Positions 45,189 through 55,046 of a stretch of DNA of 64,000 nucleotides are shown one piece after another (the stretch's first letter is position 1; each line of letters opens with the position of its first letter). The DNA is from an uncultured Actinomycetota bacterium (lineage in GTDB: Bacteria; Actinomycetota; Actinomycetes; Mycobacteriales; Mycobacteriaceae). The notes under the pieces were generated by a model, which had not been told where the DNA came from, did not search any database, and saw nothing but the letters and a program-made list of their open reading frames with translations. Both the position numbers and the translations under genes were made by a program. The stretch covers positions 116,122 to 180,121 of the forward strand of contig CAVVNB010000009.1 of the NCBI GenBank assembly GCA_963749375.1, in the 5' to 3' direction.

Positions 45189-48100
45189 TCACCGGAAGTC
45201 GCGGGACTTCGATCCGATCTTCAACGTGAGCTCGGCGATCCGCTCCGCCATGACTGTGATTGCGCCACTGGCATTTTGGACCTGACCGCGAATCAGCAGC
45301 GCCGACGATGTCTGTGCCACCTTGCGGTGCCGCGCCCACACCCCCGGTGTGCAGAGCACGTTGACCATCCCGGTCTCGTCCTCGAGGTTGACGAACGTCA
45401 CGCCCCGCGCCGTGCCCGGGCCGCTGCCGATGCGTGACCGCCCCGGCGACCAGCACCCGGTCGCCGTCGGGCACCGACAGCAGTTCGGCGGCGGGTATCA
45501 CCCCCAGCTCGTCGAGATCCGGTCGCAGGAACTGGGTCGGGTAGCTGTCCGGCGAGATGCCGGTGGCCCACACGTCGGCCGCGGCCAACTCCATCTCGCT
45601 CATTCCGGGTAGGGACGGGACATGCGACGACGAGCCGACGCCCGGCAAGCGATCCGGCCGTTGGGTGGCAGCCGCGCCGGCCGCCCACAGTGCCTCGCGC
45701 CGTGACATCTCGAAGCAGCGCAGCGCGCCCGCGGTGGCCAGCGCCTCGGTCTGCGGCACGGACAGCTGAACCCGAGTCGTCATGTCCAGCAGAGAAGCGA
45801 AGGGGCCGTGCGTATTTCGTTCTTCGACCAACTTCTCGGCCAGGTCTTCGCCGATATGACGGACGCCGCCCAGCCCCAGCCGCACCTCGGTGCCGGCGTT
45901 CTCCAGCGTGGCATGCACCACGCTGGCGGCCACGCACGGACCGTGCACCGTCACCCCGTGCCGGCGGGCGTCGGCCACCAGCGACTGCGGCGAGTAGAAG
46001 CCCATCGGCTGCGCACGCAGCAGCGCCGCGCAGAACGCCGCGGGGTGATGCAACTTGAACCACGACGAGTAGAAGACCAGCGATGCGAAGCTCAGCGAAT
46101 GACTCTCCGGGAAGCCGAAATTGGCGAATGCCTCCAGCTTTTCGTAGACCCGGTCGATCACTTCGTCGGCAGCGCCGTGCAAGCTCCGCATGCCGTCGAA
46201 AAACCGTCCGCGTAACCGCTGCATGCGTTCGGTCGACCGCTTGGATCCCATGGCGCGCCGCAATTGATCGGCCTCGGCGCCGGAAAAACCGGCGCAGTCC
46301 ACCGCGAGCTGCATCAGCTGTTCCTGAAACAGCGGCACTCCCAACGTCTTCCGCAAAGCCTGTTCCATCGACGGATGGTCGTAGACGACCGGGTCGAGGC
46401 CGTTGCGACGCCGGATGTACGGGTGAACCGATCCACCCTGGATGGGCCCCGGGCGGATCAACGCCACCTCGACCACCAGGTCGTAGAACACCCGCGGCTT
46501 CAGCCGCGGCAACGTGGCCATCTGCGCACGCGACTCCACCTGGAACACGCCGACGGAATCGGCGCGCTGCAACATCTCGTAGACCGCCGGCTCGGACAGG
46601 TCCAGCGTGGCCAGGTCGACCTCGAGGCCTTTGTGCTCGTCCACCAGGTCGATGGCGTAGTGCAGCGCCGAGAGCATGCCCAGCCCGAGCAAGTCGAACT
46701 TCACCAAACCGATTGCCGCGCAGTCATCTTTGTCCCACTGCAGCACGCTGCGGTTCTCCATGCGGGCCCATTCGACCGGACAGACGTCGGCGATCGGCCG
46801 ATCGCAGATCACCATGCCGCCGGAATGGATGCCCATGTGCCGGGGCAGGTTCTGGATCTGGTCGGCCAGCTCGATCACCTGCTCGGGGATGCCGTCGATG
46901 TCCGACGGACGTCCACTCCAATGGCTGATCTGCTTGCTCCAGGCGTCCTGCTGTCCTTGCGAGAATCCCAGGGCACGAGCCATGTCGCGCACTGCGATAC
47001 GGCTGCGGTAGGTGATCACGTTGGCGACCTGGGCGGCGTAGTCGCGGCCGTACTTGTCGTAGACGTACTGGATGACCTTCTCGCGCAGATCCGACTCGAT
47101 GTCGATGTCGATGTCGGGCGGGCCGTCGCGAACCGGCGACAGAAAACGCTCGAACAGCAACTCGTTGGCCACCGGGTCGACCGCGGTCACACCGAGCGCG
47201 TAGCAGACTGCCGAGTTGGCCGCCGATCCCCTGCCCTGACACAGGATGTTGTTCTCCCGGCAGAATCGGGTGATGTCGTAGACCACCAGGAAGTATCCCG
47301 GAAACTTCAGTTGCGCAATGATTTCCAGCTCGCGCTCGATCTGGGTATACGCCTTGCGCGCCTGGGATCGCCGGCCGTAGCGGCGCTCGGCCCCTGCCAT
47401 CGTCAACTCACGCAGCCAGCTGTCTTCGGTTGAGCCGGGCGGTACATCTGGGAACGGCGGCAACTGCGGGGCGATCAGCGCCAGGCCGAAGGCGCACTGC
47501 TCGCCGAGTTCGGCAGCGGCGGTTACCGCATCCGGGTGCTGCGCGAACAGCCGCGCCATCTCCTCGCCGGAGCGCAGATGCGAACCGCCCAGCGGGGCCA
47601 GCCAGCCGGCCGCCTCATCCAGCGACTGCCTGGCCCGTATCGCACCCATCGCCATCGCCAGCTGACGCCGCGACGGACCAGCGAAGTGCGCTCCGGTGGT
47701 CGCCACGCTGCTAAGCCCGAACCGCTGGGCCAACAAGGCCATTTCGGCATTGATCTCGTCATCGACCGGGCAGCCGTGGTGGGTCAGCTCGACGCTGACC
47801 CGATCGGAGCCGAACCGGTCCACTAGATCGGCCAATGCCGCCGAGGCCGCATCCGGGCCGCCGGTGGACAGCGCGGAGCGGACGTGACCTTTGCGGCAAC
47901 CGGTCAGAATGTGCCAGTGGCCGCCCGCCGCTTCGCTGAGCGCGTCGAAGTCGAAGTGCAGCTTGCCTTTCTCGCCGCCGGCCAGATGCGCCGCGGCCAG
48001 CTGACGCGACAGCCGGCGATAGCCCTCCGGCCCGCGAGCCAACACCAGCAGATGCGGGCCGACCGGATCGGGGTCGTCGGTCCGGGCACCGGCCCCCAAC

Positions 48101-48474
48101 GACAGCTCGGCGCCGAACACCGTCCGCATGTCCAGTTCCACGGCCGCCTCGGCAAACCGCACCGCGCCGTAGAGGCCGTTGTGGTCGGTCAGCGCGATGG
48201 CCCGCAGGCCCAGCCGCACCGCCTCCTCGACCAGCTCCTCAGGCGCGCTGGCTCCGTCGAGAAAGCTGTACGCCGAATGCGCGTGTAGCTCGGCATAGGG
48301 CACGGACGACCGATTCGGGCGGTCTTCGTCCGGCGGCTGGTAGGCCACCCGCTTGCGCGACCACGGCGCCTCATCCGCCGGAGTCCAGACCGTCGGCGTA
48401 CCGGAACGGCGCGGCTTGCCGGAGAGCACCCGCTCCATCTCCGACCAGCCCGGCGGCCCGTTGCTGAAACCCAC
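45189..48474 (-). CDS. dnaE2: Error-prone DNA polymerase DnaE2; +1 frameshift near 45420
   Basis: YAELHAHSAYSFLDGAS, GRGSAANS, PPDIDID, IRPGPIQG, FGFPESH, C-terminal SRDFR. Confidence 0.95.
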
Positions 48475-48480
48475 GCGGCC

Positions 48481-48502
48481 AGTCTATCGAATATATGTTC
48501 GA
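48481..48502 (-). promoter_or_regulatory. dnaE2 leaderless promoter (-10 TAGACT) with adjacent LexA box
   Basis: TCGAATATATGTTCGA at 48487-48502; TAGACT on the minus strand at 48481-48486, 6 nt from GTG 48474. Confidence 0.85.
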
Positions 48503-48585
48503 TAGGTTCATTATCTACTGACTCAAACTAATTGGCATGGTCGCAGCTTGTGGATAACTGCGGCCAAGGCTGAGAGGTTGAGATA

Positions 48586-48930
48586 ATGGTTCGGTCGCGA
48601 CGCACGAAGATTCCCGCGGAAGAAAAGACCCGGCTGGTATTGGCAGTGCTGGCCAACGAAATGACCTGTGCCGAAGCAGCTCGCCGCTGTGGGGTGACCG
48701 CGGTGACGATGACCAAATGGAAGCATCAGTTCCTCGAGGCTGGTGCTGGTCGACTCCAAGAGGTTCCCGGCGGGCAAGCGGGCAGGTTGGGAACCCCTGA
48801 GCAGCGTCGGCTGCGAATGGAAAACGAGCAACTCAAACTGGCGTTGGCCGAAGCGACGGTCCAGCTGCGGATCTGGCAACGGGGGGCTGCGCTGGTGGAT
48901 CAGGTCCCTTCACCGACCTCGAAGCCCTAA
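48586..48930 (+). CDS. Transposase OrfA (HTH)
   Basis: EEKTRLVLAVL..AEAARRCGV..KWKHQFLEAG, then coiled coil ENEQLK. Confidence 0.85.
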   Translation: MVRSRRTKIPAEEKTRLVLAVLANEMTCAEAARRCGVTAVTMTKWKHQFLEAGAGRLQEVPGGQAGRLGTPEQRRLRMENEQLKLALAEATVQLRIWQRGAALVDQVPSPTSKP

Positions 48931-49853
48931 GGGCGGCAGCGGGGCTGCCGGTTTCGAGGTTCGCTGCCCTGGCCGCTATCCCAGAACGAACCTATTGGCG
49001 GCGGCTGGCCAGGCTGCGAGCCGGCGATCCGGCCAAGGGTCCATGGCCGGCGCCGGTCGTCGACCGCATCGAAGCCCTGGCCGCCAAGTACGCCCAAGCA
49101 TGGCCGGCGTGGGGCTACCGCAAGATCGCGGCCATGATGCGTGCTGACGGTCATGACGTGACCAACTCCTCGGTGCAACGTGCCCTGCGACGTCGAGACC
49201 TGCTGTTGCCACAAGGTTTCCGAGCCGATCGAAAGTCTTGGGCGGTACTGCGTCGTCGCGTCTTTCGCGACCCGCCGACCGAACGCAACCGAGTCTGGCA
49301 GACCGACTTCTCCGAATTCGAAACCGCCTGCGGCGGCATCTGGCGAATCAGTGCGGTCATCGACTACGTGAGTAAGTACTGCCTGGCCATCACCGTTACT
49401 CCCACCGGCCGCGGCATCGACGCCGTGCACTGCCTGCAATTAGCCATCGAAGAAGCCCAACGCGTCCTGGGTCTGAACGACCTGCGCGCCGACCGGGGCC
49501 TGATGGACATCCTCGACGCCAACGACACAGTCATTGGCCACGCTCCCGCACCGATCGCGCTGGTCTCCGACAACGGCCCGTGCTACCGCGGCAAAACTTT
49601 CCAAACTCTCTTCACCGACGACGACCCCCTGCTGCGACACGTCCGGACCCGGATCAAATCACCACAAACCAACGGCGTCGTCGAACGATTCTTCGGCACC
49701 CTCAAATACGAGCACCTTTTCCGCGGCTACATCGGCGACGGCGACGCCCTGGACATGGAGGTACACCGTTTCCGCATCATCTACAACACCATCCGGCCCC
49801 ACCAAACCCTCAACGACCGCACACCCCGACAGGCATATCTCCAGCAACCCTGA
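48906..49853 (+). CDS. Transposase OrfB (DDE integrase core); start approximate, probably reached by -1 frameshift
   Basis: WGYRKI, WQTDFSEF, SDNGPCY, PQTNGVVERFFGTLKYE, YNTIRPHQ; frame open from the orfA overlap. Confidence 0.85.
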   Translation, partial: PFTDLEALRAAAGLPVSRFAALAAIPERTYWRRLARLRAGDPAKGPWPAPVVDRIEALAAKYAQAWPAWGYRKIAAMMRADGHDVTNSSVQRALRRRDLLLPQGFRADRKSWAVLRRRVFRDPPTERNRVWQTDFSEFETACGGIWRISAVIDYVSKYCLAITVTPTGRGIDAVHCLQLAIEEAQRVLGLNDLRADRGLMDILDANDTVIGHAPAPIALVSDNGPCYRGKTFQTLFTDDDPLLRHVRTRIKSPQTNGVVERFFGTLKYEHLFRGYIGDGDALDMEVHRFRIIYNTIRPHQTLNDRTPRQAYLQQP

Positions 49854-49948
49854 ACCAAAACCTGCCAACTTCTTGACTCAAGACAATTAAGTATTCATTA
49901 AACGGTCGGCGTTAAATTCTGCTCCCACGACGACGAAAGGTGGCCGCG

Positions 49949-50299
49949 ATGGACATCACCCATAACCTAAAGAATCTCATTACCGGGGCCCTGGTGTCGG
50001 GGACTCTCGCGGTGGCCGGTTTGGGGCTGGCCGAAGGCACCGCCAACGCCAGCGAGTTTCGCTGGTGTCCAGGAGATCCTCCGCCGCTGGGTATCACAAT
50101 CGACGCGGCTGGCCACGGGGGCAACCGGGTTCCCATCTACCCGGCTTGGGACACGTCCGTCTGCCACGACTACATGCTCACGGGCGACCACGTTAAAGAA
50201 GGAAAAGCTTGTATCCTCCCGCAGTTTCAATGGTTTCAGTGCCCGCCCGGCACGACCCCGATGCCGAACATGCCGCTCATCCCGAATAAGGGCGAGTGA
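49949..50299 (+). CDS. Secreted Cys/Pro-rich hypothetical protein
   Basis: SD AAAGG; signal peptide ending TANA; WCPGDP..WDTSVCHDY; four Cys. Confidence 0.75.
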   Translation: MDITHNLKNLITGALVSGTLAVAGLGLAEGTANASEFRWCPGDPPPLGITIDAAGHGGNRVPIYPAWDTSVCHDYMLTGDHVKEGKACILPQFQWFQCPPGTTPMPNMPLIPNKGE

Positions 50300-50472
50300 G
50301 TAAGCGGTCGATACGAGCCCGCCGTTGCGCGACCAGCCGCCTCATCCGCCGACGTCCACACCCTCGACCATGAGAGATCCCGTCTGCGCGCGTGCTGGAG
50401 CCCCCGCACGAATGCTAGAGGTTGTTCTTCTCTATCGACGGAAGTCACCAAAATCGCGCGTAAGATCCTTAT

Positions 50473-50673
50473 ATGCGAAGGACTTTCGTCGTTACATTTG
50501 CAGTCGGATTGGTCCTTGCGTTGTTCGGTCTGATCTGGTCGCTCCAGGGATTCGGAGTGCTCGCCGGCAGCCAGATGAGCAACACCACGACCTGGTCCAT
50601 CACTGGCCCGATCACGGCGCTGATCGGGATCGTGGTTGCGGTTGTCAGTTGGCGGAAACTCTCGTCGAAATAG
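50473..50673 (+). CDS. Small two-TM membrane protein
   Basis: GLIWSLQGFGVLAGSQMS..WSITG; TAAGAT -10 lies 6 nt before the ATG. Confidence 0.75.
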   Translation: MRRTFVVTFAVGLVLALFGLIWSLQGFGVLAGSQMSNTTTWSITGPITALIGIVVAVVSWRKLSSK

Positions 50674-50924
50674 ACCGTCTGTCAGCGATCGACGCCGTCG
50701 GGGCTGCGGATCATTGAATGAAATGTCATGCGCCGCAATACTCTTGAGCGCGACGTGGGAAGAAACTCAGAAATTCTCAGGCATTACCTCATCCACGCCG
50801 GTCCAACTGCGTTGCCACACAACTGACTCCAGTTGTTTACATGAATTAATGTCGTCGCCACCTCTGACCAGCGGTCACCGCCGATACTCGAACACATCCC
50901 AAGAACGAACGGCGGTGATGATCC

Positions 50925-52319
50925 GTGGAGCAACTCAACACGCTCGATGCAGGCTTCCTCATGGCCGAGGATTCGGACCGTAATGTCAGCTTGGCGATCG
51001 GCGGAATCGCCATCATCGATGGCGCGGCACCCAAGTATGACGAATTCAAAGCTGTTCTAGCAGAGCGTGTTCAAAAGATTCCGCGATGCACGCAGATGCT
51101 GCGCACCCAGCCCTTCGACGCACGCGCGCCACAGTGGGTCAAGGATCCGAACTTCGACATCAGCCGTCACGTGCGCCGAATCGCCGTGCCGCGGCCGGGT
51201 GATGACACCGAACTGTTCCGCGTTGTCGCCGACGTACTGGAGCGCCGACTGGATCGCGATCGCCCGCTGTGGGAGTGCTGGGTGATCGAAGGGCTTAAGG
51301 GCAATCGGTGGGCGATCCTGATGAAGGTCCACCACTGCATGGCCGACGGAATCTCGGCGATTCGTATCCTCGCCCGCCTGTGCGATGAGATCGACGGCGA
51401 CATATTCAAGCGGCCCGTTGACGCCAAGCGAGGCACCCGGCGCCCGCACCTGAAGCCGGTACCCGAGAACCCGCCGCGCACCAACCCGCTGAACAGTCTC
51501 TGGCGAACCGCCACCGGGATCACCGACACGGTGGCCCGGACGGTCGGCGGCGCGACCGAAATCGCATCCGGTCTGCTGCGACCTACCGCCGGATCGTCGC
51601 TGGTCGGGCCGGTTACGTCGATGCGCCGCTACCGCGCGGTCCGCGTGCCTCTCGCCGATGTCGAGCAGGTCTGCCACAAGTTCGACGTCACCATCAACGA
51701 CGTCGCGCTGGCCGCGATCACCGAGGGCTTTCGCTCTGTTCTGCTCCATCGTGGTGAGCAACCACGGCCGGACTCGCTGCGCACGCTGGTGCCGGTGTCG
51801 GTGCGCTCCCCCGATTCCGGTGACAAGCCGGGCAACAAGATCTCGATCATGCTGCCCTACCTGCCGGTCGACGAGGGCGACCCACTCCAGCAGTTGCGCG
51901 TGGTGCACAGCCGAATGACCCGAACCAAGCAGGGTGGGCAGAAACAGGCCGGCAACATGGCGGTCTCGGTAACCGGTTATGTCCCGTTCATGTTGTCCTC
52001 GTGGCTGATTCGACTGCTGACGCGCTTACCGCAACGTGGCATCGTGACGCTGGCGACCAATGTCCCGGGCCCGCACCGTCGGCTGGAGATGATGGGCCAC
52101 AAAGTCAGTCGGCTGCTGCCGATTCCGCCGATCGCGTTGCAGCTGCGTACCGGCGTCGCAGTGCTGAGTTACGCCGATGACCTGGTGTTCGGAATCACCG
52201 CCGACTACGACGCCGGAGCCGACATCGACGAACTGGCCGACAGCATCAAAATCGCCGTCGCACGCCTGGACCTGCTCACCCAAGACTCGATCTTGCTGTT
52301 CGACAGGAAATCGGTCTGA
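50925..52319 (+). CDS. Wax ester synthase/diacylglycerol acyltransferase (Rv3371-like)
   Basis: LDAGFL, KVHHCMADG, TINDV, TNVPGP. Confidence 0.93.
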   Translation: MEQLNTLDAGFLMAEDSDRNVSLAIGGIAIIDGAAPKYDEFKAVLAERVQKIPRCTQMLRTQPFDARAPQWVKDPNFDISRHVRRIAVPRPGDDTELFRVVADVLERRLDRDRPLWECWVIEGLKGNRWAILMKVHHCMADGISAIRILARLCDEIDGDIFKRPVDAKRGTRRPHLKPVPENPPRTNPLNSLWRTATGITDTVARTVGGATEIASGLLRPTAGSSLVGPVTSMRRYRAVRVPLADVEQVCHKFDVTINDVALAAITEGFRSVLLHRGEQPRPDSLRTLVPVSVRSPDSGDKPGNKISIMLPYLPVDEGDPLQQLRVVHSRMTRTKQGGQKQAGNMAVSVTGYVPFMLSSWLIRLLTRLPQRGIVTLATNVPGPHRRLEMMGHKVSRLLPIPPIALQLRTGVAVLSYADDLVFGITADYDAGADIDELADSIKIAVARLDLLTQDSILLFDRKSV

Positions 52320-52380
52320 CGCCCACCGACTAGCCTGACTACCGGCACCGCGATGGCGGGCCGGGAAGGCGGGGCGGGCA

Positions 52381-53493
52381 ATGTCGGTCATCATCGACCC
52401 ACGCCGCCTGGACGCCGTGCTGTTCGACTTGCAGGGCGAGCCCGACACCACGCTTGCAGAACACCTGCGCGACGCCGGTGTGGGCCTCGATCGATCCGAT
52501 GCCGCCTCGTTGATCCAGTCAGCCGACCGACTCGAGGTGCGGCCGGGCCGCTGCGCCGTCGTCACATCCACCGAAGGCGGGGTGGAGGCGGCCCGGGCCG
52601 CAGGATTTGCATTGGTGGTCGCGGTCAGCGCAGGCGATCACCCGCGCGGTGCCGACGCCGTGGTCGAGGACGTGAGCGATATCGGCGTTCGCGCCGGCGA
52701 TCGGCGGATGTCCGAACTGCCCGACGGTATGCAGGCGCTGGACGTCACGGCGCAACCCGCGGTGTTCTACGACTTCGACGGCACGCTCTCCGAGATCGTC
52801 AAGGATCCTGACTCGGCGCGGCTGGTCGACGGCGCGGCCGAGGCGCTGACGTCGCTGAGCACGTCATGCCCGGTCGCGATTCTCAGCGGTCGCGACCTGG
52901 CCGACGTCCGCGAGCGGATCGGCCTGCCCGGCCTGTGGTACGCGGGCAGCCACGGTTTCGAACTGACCGGACCCGACGGCGAACACCACGAGAACGCCGA
53001 AGCGGCGCAGAGCATTCCGGTGCTGGCGCAAGCCGCCGCCGCGCTGGCCGACCAGCTCGGCGGTATTCCGGGTGTGGTGGTGGAGCACAAGCGATTCGGG
53101 GTGGCCGTGCACTACCGCAACGCGGCACGTGATCGCGTCGGCGAGGTGGCCGCCGCGGTGCGCAGCGCCGGGCAACGAACCGCCCTTCGCGTGACGACCG
53201 GCCGCGAAGTCATCGAGCTACGTCCAGATGTCGACTGGGACAAGGGCAAAACGTTGCGGTGGGTGTTGGACTACATCCGCGACAACGAAGGCGGCGGCAC
53301 GCTGCTGCCGATCTATCTCGGCGACGACATCACCGACGAGGACGCCTTCGATGCAGTGGCCGGCGACGGCGTCGCAATCCTGGTGCGGCACAGCGACGAC
53401 GGAGACCGGGCCACCGCCGCCCGCTACGCGCTGGACGACCCCGCCCGGGTCCGGGAATTCACCGAGCGGCTCGCCCGCCAACTCGCGAATTGA
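52381..53493 (+). CDS. otsB2: Trehalose-6-phosphate phosphatase
   Basis: DFDGTL, ILSGR, AGSHG, WDKG, GDDITDEDAF. Confidence 0.93.
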   Translation: MSVIIDPRRLDAVLFDLQGEPDTTLAEHLRDAGVGLDRSDAASLIQSADRLEVRPGRCAVVTSTEGGVEAARAAGFALVVAVSAGDHPRGADAVVEDVSDIGVRAGDRRMSELPDGMQALDVTAQPAVFYDFDGTLSEIVKDPDSARLVDGAAEALTSLSTSCPVAILSGRDLADVRERIGLPGLWYAGSHGFELTGPDGEHHENAEAAQSIPVLAQAAAALADQLGGIPGVVVEHKRFGVAVHYRNAARDRVGEVAAAVRSAGQRTALRVTTGREVIELRPDVDWDKGKTLRWVLDYIRDNEGGGTLLPIYLGDDITDEDAFDAVAGDGVAILVRHSDDGDRATAARYALDDPARVREFTERLARQLAN

Positions 53494-53895
53494 TCACAGG
53501 ACCGCCTGGGACTGAATGGTTTTGGCGGCCAGTTTGTCGTTGTCGCCACGGATCTCCGTTTCGACCACGATGACGCGCCGTCCGACATGTAACGGGCGGC
53601 TGTGCGCCTTGACTGTGCCGGAGCGGGTGGAGACAAAGAAATTGGTCTTGGATTCGATGGTCGTGGTGCCCCCGGCGCCCTCGGGGAGATTGAGGAATGC
53701 GCACACCGCGCCGGACGTGTCCGCCAGCGCCATGACCATCCCGCCGTGCAGCACCCCTCCGCCTGTCGTCAGATTCGGCGCCCAATCCAGGCTCAGCACA
53801 ACCCCTTCCGGGGCGGCGGCGTCCGCAGTGATACCCAGCGTCACGGCCAGCGGGACCAGCCCGTGAATCATCTCCGTTGCGGCGGTGTCGGTCAT
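53494..53895 (-). CDS. PaaI-family thioesterase
   Basis: GVLHGGMVMALAD, TIESKTNF. Confidence 0.9.
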   Translation of the reverse strand: MTDTAATEMIHGLVPLAVTLGITADAAAPEGVVLSLDWAPNLTTGGGVLHGGMVMALADTSGAVCAFLNLPEGAGGTTTIESKTNFFVSTRSGTVKAHSRPLHVGRRVIVVETEIRGDNDKLAAKTIQSQAVL

Positions 53896-53899
53896 CGGC

Positions 53900-54697
53900 T
53901 CACTTTCCTAGTGCCTGTAGCGCCTCAGCGGTGTCCGCATCGGCGGGATAGAACGACTCGATCGCCACTTCGGCGACGGTCACATCCAACGGCGCTCCGA
54001 CGACCGCGGTCATGGAAAAGAACGCCAATTCTTTTCCGTTGTGCCGCAATCGCAATGGCACCGCGACATCGGTCGGCTCAGGGCGTTCGGCCTCGCCGCC
54101 CGGGTAGCCCGACAACTCCGACAGCAACTCGATGAGCTTCGGGTCACGCGTCGCCCGGACCTGGCGCTGCAACCGCTCGAGCACGTGGGCACGCCACTCG
54201 GGCAGATTGACGATGCGAGAGGCCATGCCGGCCGGGTGCAGCGAAACCCGCAACGCATTGATCGGCGGCTCGAGCAACGCGGGGTCGCATCCGTCGATGA
54301 GCACGGCGACGGCCGCGTTGCCGTCGAGCATCTCCCACCATCGGTTGATCACCAGCGCCGGGTACGGCTCGTGGCCGGTGAGGATCTGCCGCAGTGCGGC
54401 GCACAGCCTGGTCAGCTCCGGTTCGTCGAGTGAATGTTCCGGGTACGCGGGTGCATATCCTCCGGCCAGCAGCAGCGTATTGCGCTCACGGAGCGGCACG
54501 TCGAGTTGCTCACTGAGCCGCAGGATCATTCCCGACGTCGGCTGCGAACGTCCGGTCTCCACGAAGCTCAGGTGCCGTGCCGAGATGTCGGCCTGAATCG
54601 ACAAGTCGAGCTGGCTGATTCGGCGCCGCTCGCGCCACTCGCGCAGCAGCTGCCCGACTGCCGGTGTTGCCCGGGCGTTGCGGGTCAGGGTCGTCAT
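53900..54697 (-). CDS. XRE/MmyB-family transcriptional regulator
   Basis: SQLDL..ISARHLSFVETGRS, HEPYPA, VNLPEW, IESFYPAD. Confidence 0.9.
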   Translation of the reverse strand: MTTLTRNARATPAVGQLLREWRERRRISQLDLSIQADISARHLSFVETGRSQPTSGMILRLSEQLDVPLRERNTLLLAGGYAPAYPEHSLDEPELTRLCAALRQILTGHEPYPALVINRWWEMLDGNAAVAVLIDGCDPALLEPPINALRVSLHPAGMASRIVNLPEWRAHVLERLQRQVRATRDPKLIELLSELSGYPGGEAERPEPTDVAVPLRLRHNGKELAFFSMTAVVGAPLDVTVAEVAIESFYPADADTAEALQALGK

Positions 54698-54732
54698 CGA
54701 CCCGATGCTAGCGGCGGCTGATCATGGCCACG

Positions 54733-54749
54733 ATTACTTGCCAGGTAAT
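54733..54749. promoter_or_regulatory. Palindromic site upstream of the XRE regulator
   Basis: ATTAC-TTGCCAG-GTAAT. Confidence 0.5.
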
Positions 54750-54790
54750 GGCTGAGGCGCCTAGGTGGCATTCAAAGTCGCGCCGCGATG

Positions 54791-55018
54791 TCAGTCGTCC
54801 TTGTCGTCGTCCGACTTCTTGTCGTCGTCTGACTTCTTGTCACCGTTCTTGTCCTGGCCGGTGTCGAGTTCGAGTGTCGCCCAATGACTCGGTGAGACGA
54901 AGACCGTCCAGTCCCCCTCTTCGCGACCCATCTTGACGACGCCGTTGTCGACTTCCCACTTGGTGCTGTCGTCGTAGTCCGTCGACTGCCCGTCGCTGTA
55001 GGTCAGTTTGAATGTCAT
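54791..55018 (-). CDS. Small acidic hypothetical protein with KKSDDD repeat tail
   Basis: MTFKLTYSDG..SPSHWATLE; strongly GC3-biased codons; 18-bp tandem repeat. Confidence 0.7.
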   Translation of the reverse strand: MTFKLTYSDGQSTDYDDSTKWEVDNGVVKMGREEGDWTVFVSPSHWATLELDTGQDKNGDKKSDDDKKSDDDKDD

Positions 55019-55046
55019 GCCCGGGACTGCCACGTTGGCGGCCCGG

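Larger units (their letters stand above)
48519..49880 (+). mobile_element. IS3/IS481-like insertion sequence, about 1.36 kb; ends approximate
   Basis: HTH orfA plus DDE orfB in the -1 frame; imperfect IRs TGACTCAAACTAATTGGCA (48519-48537) and TGCCAACTTCTTGACTCA (49863-49880). Confidence 0.85.

Noticed and set aside
45001-45420. Novel C-terminal extension of DnaE2
   Set aside because: The canonical SRDFR terminus is in the adjacent frame, ending at 45189.
45189-48474. dnaE2 without adjacent imuA'/imuB
   Set aside because: A split cassette is normal in mycobacteria.
48507-49900. TTCATTA on both sides of the IS as a target-site duplication
   Set aside because: The copies do not abut the inferred IRs symmetrically and the context is AT-rich.
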